DNA of 64,000 bases from Candidatus Gottesmanbacteria bacterium (GTDB lineage: Bacteria; Patescibacteriota; Microgenomatia; UBA10105; UBA927): NCBI GenBank assembly GCA_903821745.1, contig CAIJMI010000004.1, positions 4,589 to 68,588 of the forward strand, read 5' to 3'. Positions within the stretch are counted from its first letter, which is position 1. Each line of letters opens with the position of its first letter. A program made the translations under genes and the position numbers. Shown one piece after another: positions 33,353-43,842 of this stretch. The notes below the pieces were generated by a model. The model saw only the letters and a list, made by a program, of their open reading frames with translations. It made no database searches and had not been told where the DNA came from.

Positions 33353-34630
33353 TTAAAAAATAGTTTCTTGCTCGCCAACTGCACTGACGAGTGCCTTATC
33401 TTTTTCGCTTTTCCATATTTTAACAACACCAAATATGCCGTCATATCCAGGATCAATGACAATATCGCCGGATCTCACTTTTTTTATTCCGTCAGCAATT
33501 TCTGGCGTTGATACGCGCTTAATCTCATCAAGTGACGCATCAATTAAAATATGGAACTCAGTGTTAAACTCCTTTAACAGTGCGTCGTACTGAATCGCAA
33601 CTTTCGGACTGGTCACCGGTCGTCCGATTGCCTCACCAATAATTTCAACAAGTGGAACAAGCATAGTAAATGGCGGACGATTCGGTGCTTTGGTTCCGAA
33701 GGGTTTCGTTGCAAGTTGCTCCACGCGCTGCATGACGCCCTGCGTTAAGGGTTTACCACACACGGAACATGTCGTACCTTTTTGCACGACTTCTTCAGGA
33801 GTTAACCGGATATGACAATCCCGATGTCCCGTAAAATGGTACTTCCCTTCTTCTGGATAAAACTCAATGGTTGATACAACCCGTGGTTTTTTAAGATCAT
33901 TTGTATAGTTCATTAGTGCTTTTTTAATATTTGTGTAGGACAGTGTTGGCAGATCAAAAATCGTTGCTTCGCGGCCGAGCTTTGGACCGCTATGCGCATC
34001 GGACGAGGAAATAATCGACCGAGTATCGAGTTCTCCAATGCGCCAATTCATATTGGGACTACTGGATAATCCCGTTTCTACGGCATAGATATTTTTTTCG
34101 TACTTCCCAAATGCTTCTTTCAAACTGTCAAATCCACCCATGGATCCGTAGACCGAAAACCATGGAGTCCAAATGTGAGCAGGAACGATTAACGCTTCAG
34201 GCTCAATTGTGAAAATAAGTTCTGCTAAACGAATGAGCGTAAATCCTAAAATTGGCCGTCCGTCAGACAACACATTACCGCCTTGTTTGGTAATTTCCTG
34301 ACTGATGTTAACGGCTGATGCAATGGATGGAACCCACACCAGGACATGAACCCGTCGGGTTTTTCCATTTTGAGAAAAAATACAGGAAAGTTCGGTTGAA
34401 AGCAAAAAGAACGGCCCGTCTTTCGTTGTTTTCAATCGCAACAATCCGTTTCCCACTTCTTCCAAGTTCTGTTCAATTTCCTGCATCCACAATGGATGTG
34501 TCCAATCTCCAGTTGCCAACAGCCCGATGCCTTTTTTCACTCCCCAAGCCGCGAGGTTTTGAATAGTCATCTCTCGAGAAACTGCTCGTGAAAAACGGGA
34601 ATGAAGATGAAGATCGGCAATAATGTGCAT
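33353..34630 (-). CDS. Endonuclease Q-like PHP-domain protein
   Basis: ADLHLHSRFS, TGDWTHP, PAHIWTPW, ETGLSS, SDAHS, EGKYH..GHR.C, C..C, PGYDG.FG. Confidence 0.85.
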   Translation of the reverse strand: MHIIADLHLHSRFSRAVSREMTIQNLAAWGVKKGIGLLATGDWTHPLWMQEIEQNLEEVGNGLLRLKTTKDGPFFLLSTELSCIFSQNGKTRRVHVLVWVPSIASAVNISQEITKQGGNVLSDGRPILGFTLIRLAELIFTIEPEALIVPAHIWTPWFSVYGSMGGFDSLKEAFGKYEKNIYAVETGLSSSPNMNWRIGELDTRSIISSSDAHSGPKLGREATIFDLPTLSYTNIKKALMNYTNDLKKPRVVSTIEFYPEEGKYHFTGHRDCHIRLTPEEVVQKGTTCSVCGKPLTQGVMQRVEQLATKPFGTKAPNRPPFTMLVPLVEIIGEAIGRPVTSPKVAIQYDALLKEFNTEFHILIDASLDEIKRVSTPEIADGIKKVRSGDIVIDPGYDGIFGVVKIWKSEKDKALVSAVGEQETIF

Positions 34631-34635
34631 GAGTC

Positions 34636-35466
34636 TTATTCAAAAATATCCTGCATAAGTTTTTTCATTTTTCGCTCTGTTTGTTTAATGACGGTTGATT
34701 TTACATGTTTCTTTTTTCTTGAAAATATCTGTCCGCCCATTTCATACCCCTTCATGTTTTTTGGTACTCGTTTTGAAAACAGAATGGGCAAAATGGATCG
34801 AGTATATGCCTGAAGCACCTTTGCTGTCCCCTCTTTTCGGTATCTGCGAAGTGACCAAATATACAATGATTCCCGAATAATGGACAGCGAATGTCCTGCT
34901 TTTGTCATCCGCTGAGAAAAATCCTGATCCTCAAGGAATGGATGTTCAACGTCATATCCGCCAATAGATTGAAAGGTTGTTTTACGAACAATCGTAAACG
35001 GTCCTGGGGATATCGCTCGCTTAATGCTTTTAGAAAATTCAAAAAAGAAAATACCAAACAATGTTAACCGAACATCATTCACATCATCGCTATCCGGACT
35101 AAACCACGTGGTAAACAAGGATTCTTCAGATCCCACAATGTGTGCATGTAACCGTTCAAGGGTATACGAATACACAACGGTATCTGCATCAATAAAAATA
35201 AGCCAATCTCCTTTTGCCCGATCGGCACCATAATTTCTCTGGTATGGCAAACTTGCATGATCAGCAACGACAACGGTAAGATTTGGCACTTTTTGGGTAA
35301 ATGCCAATGCAACCGCGACGGTTTTATCTTTTGATTTTCCATCAACAACAATGACTTCAAAGTTTGTAAAATGCTGGTGGGAAAGACTCTCCAGAAGTTT
35401 TGGTAAAAAATGTTCTTCGTTCAGTGCTGGAATGATAACTGAAATAAACGGTTTTCCCATAGACAT
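34636..35466 (-). CDS. Glycosyltransferase family 2
   Basis: SVIIPALNEE, VVDGKS.D.T, FIDAD, EDQDF. Confidence 0.9.
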   Translation of the reverse strand: MSMGKPFISVIIPALNEEHFLPKLLESLSHQHFTNFEVIVVDGKSKDKTVAVALAFTQKVPNLTVVVADHASLPYQRNYGADRAKGDWLIFIDADTVVYSYTLERLHAHIVGSEESLFTTWFSPDSDDVNDVRLTLFGIFFFEFSKSIKRAISPGPFTIVRKTTFQSIGGYDVEHPFLEDQDFSQRMTKAGHSLSIIRESLYIWSLRRYRKEGTAKVLQAYTRSILPILFSKRVPKNMKGYEMGGQIFSRKKKHVKSTVIKQTERKMKKLMQDIFE

Positions 35467-35481
35467 CTTCGCATTATACGG

Positions 35482-36420
35482 CTATATGTGAAGCATTTCA
35501 AACAAAATAAATGCAATGTAAATAACAAAAAGCACAATTCCCTCGCGTCTTGTGATGTCTTTTTTCGATGATGCTGCCCAGAAAAAATAAACAGCAACCA
35601 AGGCCAGAATAATCAGAGTCATCCGCATGCGTTCATGATCGGGAACTGAGAATGGAGAAACAGTGCAGACAACCCCAAGAATAAGGGTATTAATGGCGCT
35701 GGAGCCTAAGATATCTCCAAATGCAACATCCTCTTTCTTTTTCATAATCGCTTCAACGGCCAGCGTAAATTCAGGCAAGTTCGTTCCAACACTTAAAAGA
35801 AACAATCCGATGACAAACGGAGGAATATTAAGCAGTGTTGCTGATAGTTCACTGATGGAAACAATATACCTCGATGCAAACGCCATACCGACAAGTCCAC
35901 CAACACCCAACAACACTGCATGACCGCCGTGTTTTACGTGTTTTGCATGCTGTTCAATGGTCGTTACGATATGTTGCTCTTTGTTGATATACAAAACGTG
36001 CACCAGATAAATGACAATAAGAATAATGCCTTCAAAGCGCGTGAGTTTCCCGTCCCACACAACAACCGCCGGAGCCAACATAACAAGTGAAGATAAACCG
36101 ATGTCCAATTTTGTCATCCCGTGATCAAGGTAAATGCGCCGCAATAAAATGGCACTGATCCCCATCACAAATGCAAGTTTAAAAATCACGCCGCCGAGCA
36201 AATTTCCGATAGAAAGTTGCGGCACATGGTCCATCACAGATTGAAACGCAACAAACATTTCAGGAATTGACGTAATAATTCCTAAAAGGAGAAAGGATAA
36301 AAGAAAACTTCTAATCTTTAAAGAATGCGCAAAATAAGAAACACCTTTGATCACCCAATCGGCGCTTTTCGCCAACAAGATGCTTAACAGTAAAAACGCG
36401 ATGATATACAAAATAATCAT
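35482..36420 (-). CDS. Na+/Ca2+ exchanger family protein
   Basis: Two alpha-repeats: TSIPE..GNLLG and GTNLPE..GDILGS. Confidence 0.88.
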   Translation of the reverse strand: MIILYIIAFLLLSILLAKSADWVIKGVSYFAHSLKIRSFLLSFLLLGIITSIPEMFVAFQSVMDHVPQLSIGNLLGGVIFKLAFVMGISAILLRRIYLDHGMTKLDIGLSSLVMLAPAVVVWDGKLTRFEGIILIVIYLVHVLYINKEQHIVTTIEQHAKHVKHGGHAVLLGVGGLVGMAFASRYIVSISELSATLLNIPPFVIGLFLLSVGTNLPEFTLAVEAIMKKKEDVAFGDILGSSAINTLILGVVCTVSPFSVPDHERMRMTLIILALVAVYFFWAASSKKDITRREGIVLFVIYIAFILFEMLHI

Positions 36421-38144
36421 GATTTCACTGATTCTTGATTGTGATACATAACTTCAAGCTCTCCCACCGTCGTCACTTGATTTGCATTTTTATCGGTACG
36501 TATCCGAACAAGCCTTGGGAATCGGAGTGCAAATTTAGCGCCGTGTGACGGGGACTTTGTAATATCGTCAGCCGCAATCTCAACAACAATTGCTGGACTC
36601 ACCCACACATCAGGAAGAAATATTTTATCAACATCCGCGTAAGTCTTTGGTTTTTCTTTTGACGACTCCCGGTTAAATGCTGTTTTCATTTCTTTCCATA
36701 GTTCATCTGATACCCCAGTGCCAATTTTTGTCATCGTCACAAATGTTTCGCCTTTTTTTACCCCAACCAAAAACGCACCGATGCCAAAATCCGTCCGTTT
36801 CCCTTCTCCTTTGTAATACCCCATGACCACAGCATCAATGGTATCTGCCAGTTTTCCCACTTTATTTTCTTCCTTAAATTTCACCCAGGTAAAACCACGC
36901 CGACCTGGTTCATACATTCCTTCCCATTTTTTAACAACCACTCCCTCAAGTCCTTTTTCAATCTGTTCGGTGTGATATGTGCGAAGCGTTGCAATATCAT
37001 CTGTAACAATATGGGGCGAAACAGAAAGTATTGGCCCTTTGGTAATAGTTTCTTCCAGTAGTTCCCGACGCTTGGAAAGTGGCGTTCCCATAAGATCTTT
37101 TCCATTTTTTGACAAGATATCAAACACAAAAAACCGAAGGGGAACGCTTTGTGTGGCACCTACAATATTATGTTTTCGTTTTCTAGTCATGGTTTCCTGA
37201 AATGGGATAATGCGATGTGTTTTTTCATCATACCCAACCGCTTCACTGTCAAGAATCACGCTTTCAGCATGAATCTGACCGGCAATTTTTTTGAGTTCCG
37301 GATACATAGCGGTCGTATTTTCTAAATTTCTGGAATAACTCGAGACCGTTACACCGTCTTTTGTTTTCTGAAAATGAATCTGTGTCCGCACGCCATCATA
37401 TTTTGGCTCAACATCCACATTTCCCATTTTTTTAATCATCTCTTCTGCATTGGGAAGCCGCTGACACAAAGCTGCAAGAATTGGTGCACCGACACGCGCT
37501 TCAACGTGAGAGATGCCAGCCATACCGTGAATTTTAAGTTTCGTTGCAATATATCCCAAATCCGGACGGACATCATATGCCGCTTCAATTGCATCACGGT
37601 TTGATTTATCTTTTGTCAGCATGAAAGACAATGCATCAATCATCGTCATATCCGAAAATCCAAGCCGCAGTTTATCAAGCGGTATACGAACCAAAAATCG
37701 AACTGCAAGAGAATGGGAAGAAGAAAGCAGATTTGAAAGTGTTTGAACTTTTTGCTCCTGCGATCCTGCGCCCCCAAGCTCAGCAATTGCTTTTAACTTT
37801 AAAAAAACGTCATGTACGGAAATGGTTGTTTCTTGTTTTTGGTGCGTTTTTGCAATCTCTTCAGCTGCAATACCAAGATCTCCATATTTTTTAAACAGAG
37901 TCGTAACGTGGGATTCATCTTCATCATACGCAAGGGCAATTGCGCGAATCATCAGTTTATCTGCAACACCAAATTCAATGGCTTCATAAAGAGGCGCAAC
38001 TCTCCCCTGGAGAAGATAACAGATCTCCCCGATTTCTGATTCTTTTGAGTTTGAAAATAAATCAGCAAGAATCTCGGTCATCGTATTTCGCGATGGAGTT
38101 CCTTCAAGTTTTTGAACAACAAGAGCAAGCGCTTGAAATGTCAT
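36417..38144 (-). CDS. ATP-dependent DNA ligase, full-length with N-terminal DNA-binding domain
   Basis: EPKYDG.R.QIH, LDSE, FDIL, EGVVVK, W.KFK, LRFPR..R.R.DK. Confidence 0.93.
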   Translation of the reverse strand: MTFQALALVVQKLEGTPSRNTMTEILADLFSNSKESEIGEICYLLQGRVAPLYEAIEFGVADKLMIRAIALAYDEDESHVTTLFKKYGDLGIAAEEIAKTHQKQETTISVHDVFLKLKAIAELGGAGSQEQKVQTLSNLLSSSHSLAVRFLVRIPLDKLRLGFSDMTMIDALSFMLTKDKSNRDAIEAAYDVRPDLGYIATKLKIHGMAGISHVEARVGAPILAALCQRLPNAEEMIKKMGNVDVEPKYDGVRTQIHFQKTKDGVTVSSYSRNLENTTAMYPELKKIAGQIHAESVILDSEAVGYDEKTHRIIPFQETMTRKRKHNIVGATQSVPLRFFVFDILSKNGKDLMGTPLSKRRELLEETITKGPILSVSPHIVTDDIATLRTYHTEQIEKGLEGVVVKKWEGMYEPGRRGFTWVKFKEENKVGKLADTIDAVVMGYYKGEGKRTDFGIGAFLVGVKKGETFVTMTKIGTGVSDELWKEMKTAFNRESSKEKPKTYADVDKIFLPDVWVSPAIVVEIAADDITKSPSHGAKFALRFPRLVRIRTDKNANQVTTVGELEVMYHNQESVKS

Positions 38145-38158
38145 TGGTTTATTTGGAG

Positions 38159-39202
38159 TTACCCTTTTAAGATATACCGCACACCTTTTGTTGAACCTTG
38201 TTTTTGTAATATTCCTTTTTTCATTAAGTCTTTGATTTCTCGAAGGACCGTATCTTCACTGATCATTGGAAATAGTTCAAAAAATGCTTTATTCTGTAAA
38301 AAGCCATTTTCCTGAATAAATTCAACGATTTTAATTTGCCGTTCCGATAAGGCCATCTGTTGACCACCTAATTGTTTTTTAATTTTTAAATCCGTGGAAA
38401 GATTTTTTACTTTTTCTTTAATGCGCGATAGTTCAATAGCCAAGCCTTCAATAAAATATTCCAGCCAGTGCGTGAGGTTCCCCTGCTCTGCAGCAACGCT
38501 TTGGAGTGCATTGTAATAATTTAATGGTTCCCGATCATAATATTCTTCAAGGGAAAAAAATCGTTTAATATCATACCCTTCACGAAACAGGACGAGTGTT
38601 GCAATTGCCCGTGCGACACGGCCGTTTCCGTCTAAAAACGGATGAATGCGGACAAGTTCATAATGCGTTATTCCAGCTTTGAGTGCCGAATGAATATCAT
38701 CGGGTGCTACGTTTTTAAGCCACAGCAAAAAATCAGACACTAAAAATGGAACTTCAACAGCTGGTGGCGGACGAAACGTAATTTCCCCAGTCTGACTGTT
38801 TTTCACAACAACCTGGGATTTCCGATATTCTCCAACAACGGCATCAGGTAAAATGCGATCCGCAATTAATGCATGAACGTGTTTAACGGTTTCGTCAGAA
38901 ATAGTATCGCCTTGAAATGATTCAATAAATTTCAATACATTTCGGTAATTTAAAACTTCCTGAATATCACGGTCCCGTCCGACAATTTTGGCACCCGCCA
39001 ATACCTTTTCTGCTTCCGTAAAGTTGAGTTCATTGCCTTCAATATGTGTTCCATGATGGACCGTTCGAACGATTGCTTCTTCTCGAAACTTTGCTTCCCA
39101 TGCAGGAACGAGTGGTGCATTTTCAATAATTTCTTTCGCGGCTTCTATGACGCCGATATTTTTCAATATGTTATTTGTGATTATGAAGTTTGGTGTATAC
39201 AT
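38159..39202 (-). CDS. Fic family protein with C-terminal winged helix
   Basis: HPFLDGNGRVAR catalytic motif, N-terminal THIEGN, C-terminal SEDTVLREIKDL. Confidence 0.92.
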   Translation of the reverse strand: MYTPNFIITNNILKNIGVIEAAKEIIENAPLVPAWEAKFREEAIVRTVHHGTHIEGNELNFTEAEKVLAGAKIVGRDRDIQEVLNYRNVLKFIESFQGDTISDETVKHVHALIADRILPDAVVGEYRKSQVVVKNSQTGEITFRPPPAVEVPFLVSDFLLWLKNVAPDDIHSALKAGITHYELVRIHPFLDGNGRVARAIATLVLFREGYDIKRFFSLEEYYDREPLNYYNALQSVAAEQGNLTHWLEYFIEGLAIELSRIKEKVKNLSTDLKIKKQLGGQQMALSERQIKIVEFIQENGFLQNKAFFELFPMISEDTVLREIKDLMKKGILQKQGSTKGVRYILKG

Positions 39203-39228
39203 ACTGGTAGTAGGTATATAATAGTAGT

Positions 39229-39489
39229 ATGGAAGCCAAAAAACAATCCAAGGCAATGGCAAAAGCAATGCTCAAGCAAATGATCGCTCTTTCTACAGCT
39301 GCATTTGGCCTTGTTGCAGCACTTGCATGGAATACAGTTATTCAACAAACCATTGATATGTACATAAAACCGTTCATGCCAAAAGGAAGTGTTATAGTGT
39401 CACAACTTGCGTATGCTCTTGTGGTGACAGCGCTTGCACTCCTCGTGACATATCTTCTCACGAAGATGAATGAAAGATTAGGAAAATAA
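39229..39489 (+). CDS. DUF5654-like small membrane protein
   Basis: TAAFGLVAALAWN motif; two TM helices. Confidence 0.8.
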   Translation: MEAKKQSKAMAKAMLKQMIALSTAAFGLVAALAWNTVIQQTIDMYIKPFMPKGSVIVSQLAYALVVTALALLVTYLLTKMNERLGK

Positions 39490-39491
39490 CG

Positions 39492-39902
39492 ATGAACACA
39501 CATTTTATGAACAAAGGAACGGTTTTTATTACTATACTGCTTATTGTACTTATCATTGCATCACTGATCATTTCAGGAAGTATTATTGTACGCAGCCTAG
39601 CAAAACCTATTCAGCCGACCATACCCATTACACCAACCCTAAACCAAAACCAAACATGTCAACAGAACGGCAACACGTATGGTCCCGGGGAATCCGTACC
39701 ATCGTCAGACACATGTAATACGTGCAGTTGTGATAATGGACAAATTGCGTGCACCGCAATGGCGTGCACAACAACATTTTCCTGTCCAGACAACGGTTGG
39801 GTGGATTGCATGCCAGGACCGGATATAAAACCTGAATGTTCAACGGAAGCAATGATGTGGTATAAAAATAACTGCCCAAACTTCCAAGGTGCAGCGCTTT
39901 AA
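39492..39902 (+). CDS. Membrane-anchored Cys-rich protein with pacifastin/VWC-like module
   Basis: N-terminal TM helix, Pro/Thr linker, CNTCSCDNGQIACTAMAC, and a second Cys module containing DCMP. Confidence 0.65.
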   Translation: MNTHFMNKGTVFITILLIVLIIASLIISGSIIVRSLAKPIQPTIPITPTLNQNQTCQQNGNTYGPGESVPSSDTCNTCSCDNGQIACTAMACTTTFSCPDNGWVDCMPGPDIKPECSTEAMMWYKNNCPNFQGAAL

Positions 39903-40693
39903 ACAGTATTCAGCAATCGTTTCATTGTTTTTGGAATCTGATTGGCCAAATCTGTTGCATTAAAAAACGGTCCAACAGTTGTGTATAACGCATCCCCAGC
40001 CGCTTTGTTAATAATACTTGCTGCAACTGCAGTAACAAACGGATCGTTTGTACAGGTAATAGCTGCCACAAGTCCTGCAAGAACATCTCCTGTTCCACCC
40101 TTGGTCATTCCAGCATTCCCACCAGAAATTATTTCTGTATGTTCTCCATCGGTTATTCTGTCCTGCGGACCTTTAAGCAAAAGAATGCAGTGATACTCTT
40201 TTGCAAATTGTTCTGGTGTCATCGCGTGTGTTTTTTGTACTAATGATGCAAATTCTTGATGATGTGGAGTGAGAATGGCATGTGGTGGAATAAGGTAAAC
40301 ATCCAGCATCTGTAACGCCCCCGCATCAATGACCCATTGTTTATGTGGATACTTCTTCAACAATACATTGGTAAGATTCTCCGTATCAGAAGATCGGTCC
40401 ATCCCTGGTCCAATAAGAATACAATCATCCTCTTCAATATATGCATCAATATCTTCTCTACGAATAACAATGCCATTTCGAAATTCCGTCTTTGCTTCTT
40501 GTACAATTTCGTTATTTTCGGGAACCGATGCATAATGCACCAAATCAACAATTCGTGATGCAACCGTCAGTGACCATAAACTTGCCGCATGAAAAAGAGA
40601 TGAGCCTCCAATGAGAAGAAGCCGCCCATTTTGTCCTTTGTGGGAAGTTGGATCTGCAAATTTCAGCTGTTGAAGGTATGTCGTACCTGCCAT
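39899..40693 (-). CDS. nnrD: ADP-dependent NAD(P)H-hydrate dehydratase
   Basis: SHKGQNG, IGPGM, VIDAGAL, LTPH..E, LLKG, GGTGDVLAG. Confidence 0.9.
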   Translation of the reverse strand: MAGTTYLQQLKFADPTSHKGQNGRLLLIGGSSLFHAASLWSLTVASRIVDLVHYASVPENNEIVQEAKTEFRNGIVIRREDIDAYIEEDDCILIGPGMDRSSDTENLTNVLLKKYPHKQWVIDAGALQMLDVYLIPPHAILTPHHQEFASLVQKTHAMTPEQFAKEYHCILLLKGPQDRITDGEHTEIISGGNAGMTKGGTGDVLAGLVAAITCTNDPFVTAVAASIINKAAGDALYTTVGPFFNATDLANQIPKTMKRLLNTV

Positions 40694-40705
40694 AGGTAAT
40701 ACCTA

Positions 40706-41803
40706 TTATACTGTTTTTTTACGGACTGGGAGTTGAACGATCTTCACGTCAGCTGTTTTTGTAAAGAGGTCAATAACATCTTCCTCAGCTGAGGTAATAA
40801 CGGTTTGTTGTTTTGAAATCACATCAAGGACAAGATGCCGACTGCCGCCATCGAGTTCTGAAAAAACATCATCAAGAAGCAATAGTGGACGATCCCCATT
40901 TTTTTCTTCAACAAACCGAAGTTCTGCAAGTTTTAACCACAGTACAGCTAACCGTTGTTCCCCTCGGGAACCAAATCTGGAAATATCAATATACGTGTTA
41001 TTGATGTCTATTTTCTCAAATCGGAAATCGTCACGCTGTGGACCAACCAGGGTTGATTTTGCAGCAATTTCTTCTTCTTTATACTGATCAAGTCGCGCTT
41101 CTGAAATGATGCTGGGATCATACACCAATCGATACTGAAGATCATCAAGGGTATACGTATTCACATGATCAATAAATCGTTTTCGTGCTTCCGTTATATA
41201 TGTCCCTGCTTTGATAAGCAGCTGATTCCAAAATAAAAGTTGTGATCTCGACGCTGTTCCTTCGTTGATTCGGTCTAGAAGCGAGTTTCTTTGCCGGAGT
41301 CCCCGCTCATAGGACTGTAAATTTCGTCGGTATTCCCGATCAACCTGCGAAATCACAAAATTCAAATATTCGCGTCTGATACTCGGACTATCTGTCACCA
41401 GCTCAAGGTCGGTTGGAGCAAACAGAACAACATGAATATTCCCAATAAAATCCAATTGCCGTCTAGGAATGCCGTTGACGAGATATTTTTTAATCTGTGT
41501 TTTTTGCCCATTTACAATTCCTGATGTAAGCATGACCTCAAGAATGGTTTCTTCATGTTCATGCTGCGGTACAGTTGGAACGACAATGCTTTTTACCCGC
41601 CCAACTTCCTCCCCCCACGTCACCATATCGCTGTCTCTCGTTGCCCGAAAGCTTTTGCCAATTGCTGAAAGCGTTACTGCTTCCAAAATATTTGTTTTTC
41701 CAATGGCATTGTTTCCGATAAACACGGTAACTGTTGGAGAAAATACAAACGACTGAGCAGGATAGATACGAAAATGTTGAAGGGTTATGCTCACCAAACG
41801 CAT
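40706..41803 (-). CDS. recF: DNA replication/repair protein RecF
   Basis: [36 protein letters not shown]. Confidence 0.95.
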   Translation of the reverse strand: MRLVSITLQHFRIYPAQSFVFSPTVTVFIGNNAIGKTNILEAVTLSAIGKSFRATRDSDMVTWGEEVGRVKSIVVPTVPQHEHEETILEVMLTSGIVNGQKTQIKKYLVNGIPRRQLDFIGNIHVVLFAPTDLELVTDSPSIRREYLNFVISQVDREYRRNLQSYERGLRQRNSLLDRINEGTASRSQLLFWNQLLIKAGTYITEARKRFIDHVNTYTLDDLQYRLVYDPSIISEARLDQYKEEEIAAKSTLVGPQRDDFRFEKIDINNTYIDISRFGSRGEQRLAVLWLKLAELRFVEEKNGDRPLLLLDDVFSELDGGSRHLVLDVISKQQTVITSAEEDVIDLFTKTADVKIVQLPVRKKTV

Positions 41804-41848
41804 GGCCCTATTGTATCACGATGGGAAAACCCGTATAATAATGTTCTT

Positions 41849-41989
41849 ATGGCAACGAAACGCGTCTATCAACCAAGTAAAGTCAAACGAGCCCGCAAAC
41901 ACGGTTTTCGAGAACGAATGAAGACAAAAGGCGGCCGCAGAGTGTTAAAACGAAGACGATCAATCGGTCGAAAAGTTCTTACCGTGTAA
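41849..41989 (+). CDS. rpmH: 50S ribosomal protein L34
   Basis: [35 protein letters not shown]. Confidence 0.96.
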   Translation: MATKRVYQPSKVKRARKHGFRERMKTKGGRRVLKRRRSIGRKVLTV

Positions 41990-41996
41990 CAAAGGT

Positions 41997-42326
41997 ATGC
42001 TTCCAAAATCATATCGTGTACCAAAAGAGGTGTTCTCCGTGGTACGAAAAACAGGGACACGAATCTTTACACCTGATTTTCAATTTATTGTACGGAAAAA
42101 TTCCGCTTCTTCCTCACGGATAGGAATTGTTATCCCAAAGCGTGTGGTAAAACATGCGGTAGCAAGAAACGCCATCAAACGACATATCAGAGATGCATTT
42201 GAGTCCCTCCAAGCAACGCTCACTGATACCATTGACATCCTTTGCTTTGTAAAACAGGATTGCACAAAAAAATCCTATGCGGATATCAAAAAAGAAATGT
42301 ACATCCTCCTGGCAAAAAAAACATGA
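41997..42326 (+). CDS. rnpA: RNase P protein component
   Basis: RIGIVIPKRV.KHAVARNAIKR (RNR motif); follows rpmH. Confidence 0.9.
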   Translation: MLPKSYRVPKEVFSVVRKTGTRIFTPDFQFIVRKNSASSSRIGIVIPKRVVKHAVARNAIKRHIRDAFESLQATLTDTIDILCFVKQDCTKKSYADIKKEMYILLAKKT

Positions 42327-42568
42327 AACGCCTTGTTCTCAACATGATCCGGTTTTATCAAAAATATCTTTCCCTGGATACTGGTCTTGCCAAATCGTTG
42401 TGGATTACCGATAAAGTCTGTCGGTTTACACCAACCTGCAGCGAGTATACATATCAGGCAATCGATCGCTATGGTATAATAACCGGATCGTGGTTAGGGT
42501 TGAAGCGTATTATTCGATGTCACCCATGGAATAAAGGCGGATTCGATCCAATTCCCAAAACCTTATGA
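42323..42568 (+). CDS. yidD: Membrane protein insertion efficiency factor
   Basis: CRFTPTCSEY..RI.RCHPW..GG.DP.P. Confidence 0.93.
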   Translation: MKRLVLNMIRFYQKYLSLDTGLAKSLWITDKVCRFTPTCSEYTYQAIDRYGIITGSWLGLKRIIRCHPWNKGGFDPIPKTL

Positions 42569-43356
42569 CAAATCCAAATCTCTGGAATCAATTACTCGTT
42601 TGGCCAATTACCAACCTGTTGGTGGTCTTTTATAAATTCTGCGAATGGCTCCATCTTCCAGGCCCCTTAGGATTTGCCATTATTCTTCTTACCATCGTTG
42701 TCCGATTTACACTCTATCCACTCATGAACGCACAACTGAAAAGCACAAAAAAGATGGCGGAGATGAAACCGCATCTTGATGCCTTATCAGCAAAACATAA
42801 AGATGATAAAAAAGCATTGCAGGAAGCGCAGCTTGCCTTATACAAAGAACATGGTGTTAATCCTGCAGCGGGCTGCTTGCCTACCTTGGTGCAGTTTCCT
42901 ATTTTAATTGCCCTGTACAATGTCTTTTATCAGGTTCTCGGAGCAGGCGATGTTGCTAAAATGATGGAAAACATCAATGCTGTTGTATACAACAGTACAT
43001 TAAAGCTGCAAACATTGGATGTTACCTTTTTTGGCGTCAATTTAGGAATTAAACCTGGTGAATGGCAAAAATATGGATGGTGGCTTCTTGCCATTCCGTT
43101 GATTACTGCGGGATTACAGCTCTATCAATCCAAACTGATGACACCAAAGACCGTCGCTCTACCTGCAGCGCTTGAGGCAAAAGGAGAAGAAAAGAAAACC
43201 GATTCGATGACGGATATACAAAAACAAATGATGTTTATTACCCCCATCATGTTTGGGTTTTTCGCATTCCAGCTGCCTATTGGTCTTTCCCTGTACTGGA
43301 ATATTTTTGGCCTTTTTGGTATTATTCAGCAAATACAGGTAAACAAAGGAAAATAA
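42565..43356 (+). CDS. yidC: YidC/Oxa1 membrane insertase (short form)
   Basis: AIILLTIVVR, GVNPAAGCLP.LVQFPI, GLSLYW. Confidence 0.93.
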   Translation: MTNPNLWNQLLVWPITNLLVVFYKFCEWLHLPGPLGFAIILLTIVVRFTLYPLMNAQLKSTKKMAEMKPHLDALSAKHKDDKKALQEAQLALYKEHGVNPAAGCLPTLVQFPILIALYNVFYQVLGAGDVAKMMENINAVVYNSTLKLQTLDVTFFGVNLGIKPGEWQKYGWWLLAIPLITAGLQLYQSKLMTPKTVALPAALEAKGEEKKTDSMTDIQKQMMFITPIMFGFFAFQLPIGLSLYWNIFGLFGIIQQIQVNKGK

Positions 43357-43357
43357 T

Positions 43358-43813
43358 ATGGAACCACTAACAGTTATTAAAGAAGTCACAGAAGATCTTT
43401 TGAAACGTCTAGGTATCTCAGGTGATGTGACGATTGATACGGACGAGTCCGGAGCGTATCGCGTAAACATTGAAACAGAAGAAACAGGACTCCTCATTGG
43501 ATTTCATGGGCGGACACTTGAAAGCTTTCAAATGATTCTTGGCATGATCGTTGCAAAAAAATTAGGGACATGGGAACGCGTCTACGTGAATGTAGGCGAC
43601 TATCGAGAAAAACGGGAAGAGGCGCTTATGTATATGGCACAACGTGCATCTGAACGAGCAATTACCACAGGTCGTCCTGTAGAGTTGTCTCACCTTTCCG
43701 CGGCTGAACGGCGCGTCATTCATCTCACACTTTCCGGTGATGAACGCGTAAGTACAGAATCCGTTGGCGAAGGCAGAGAAAGAAAATTAATCATTTCTCC
43801 AAAAGTTGCCTAA
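43358..43813 (+). CDS. jag: Jag/KhpB-type KH + R3H RNA-binding protein (short form)
   Basis: GLLIGFHGRTL, ERRVIH, TESVGEG; downstream of yidC. Confidence 0.88.
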   Translation: MEPLTVIKEVTEDLLKRLGISGDVTIDTDESGAYRVNIETEETGLLIGFHGRTLESFQMILGMIVAKKLGTWERVYVNVGDYREKREEALMYMAQRASERAITTGRPVELSHLSAAERRVIHLTLSGDERVSTESVGEGRERKLIISPKVA

Positions 43814-43842
43814 ATTCGTCACTCCTTTTATACTGAGGGTCA

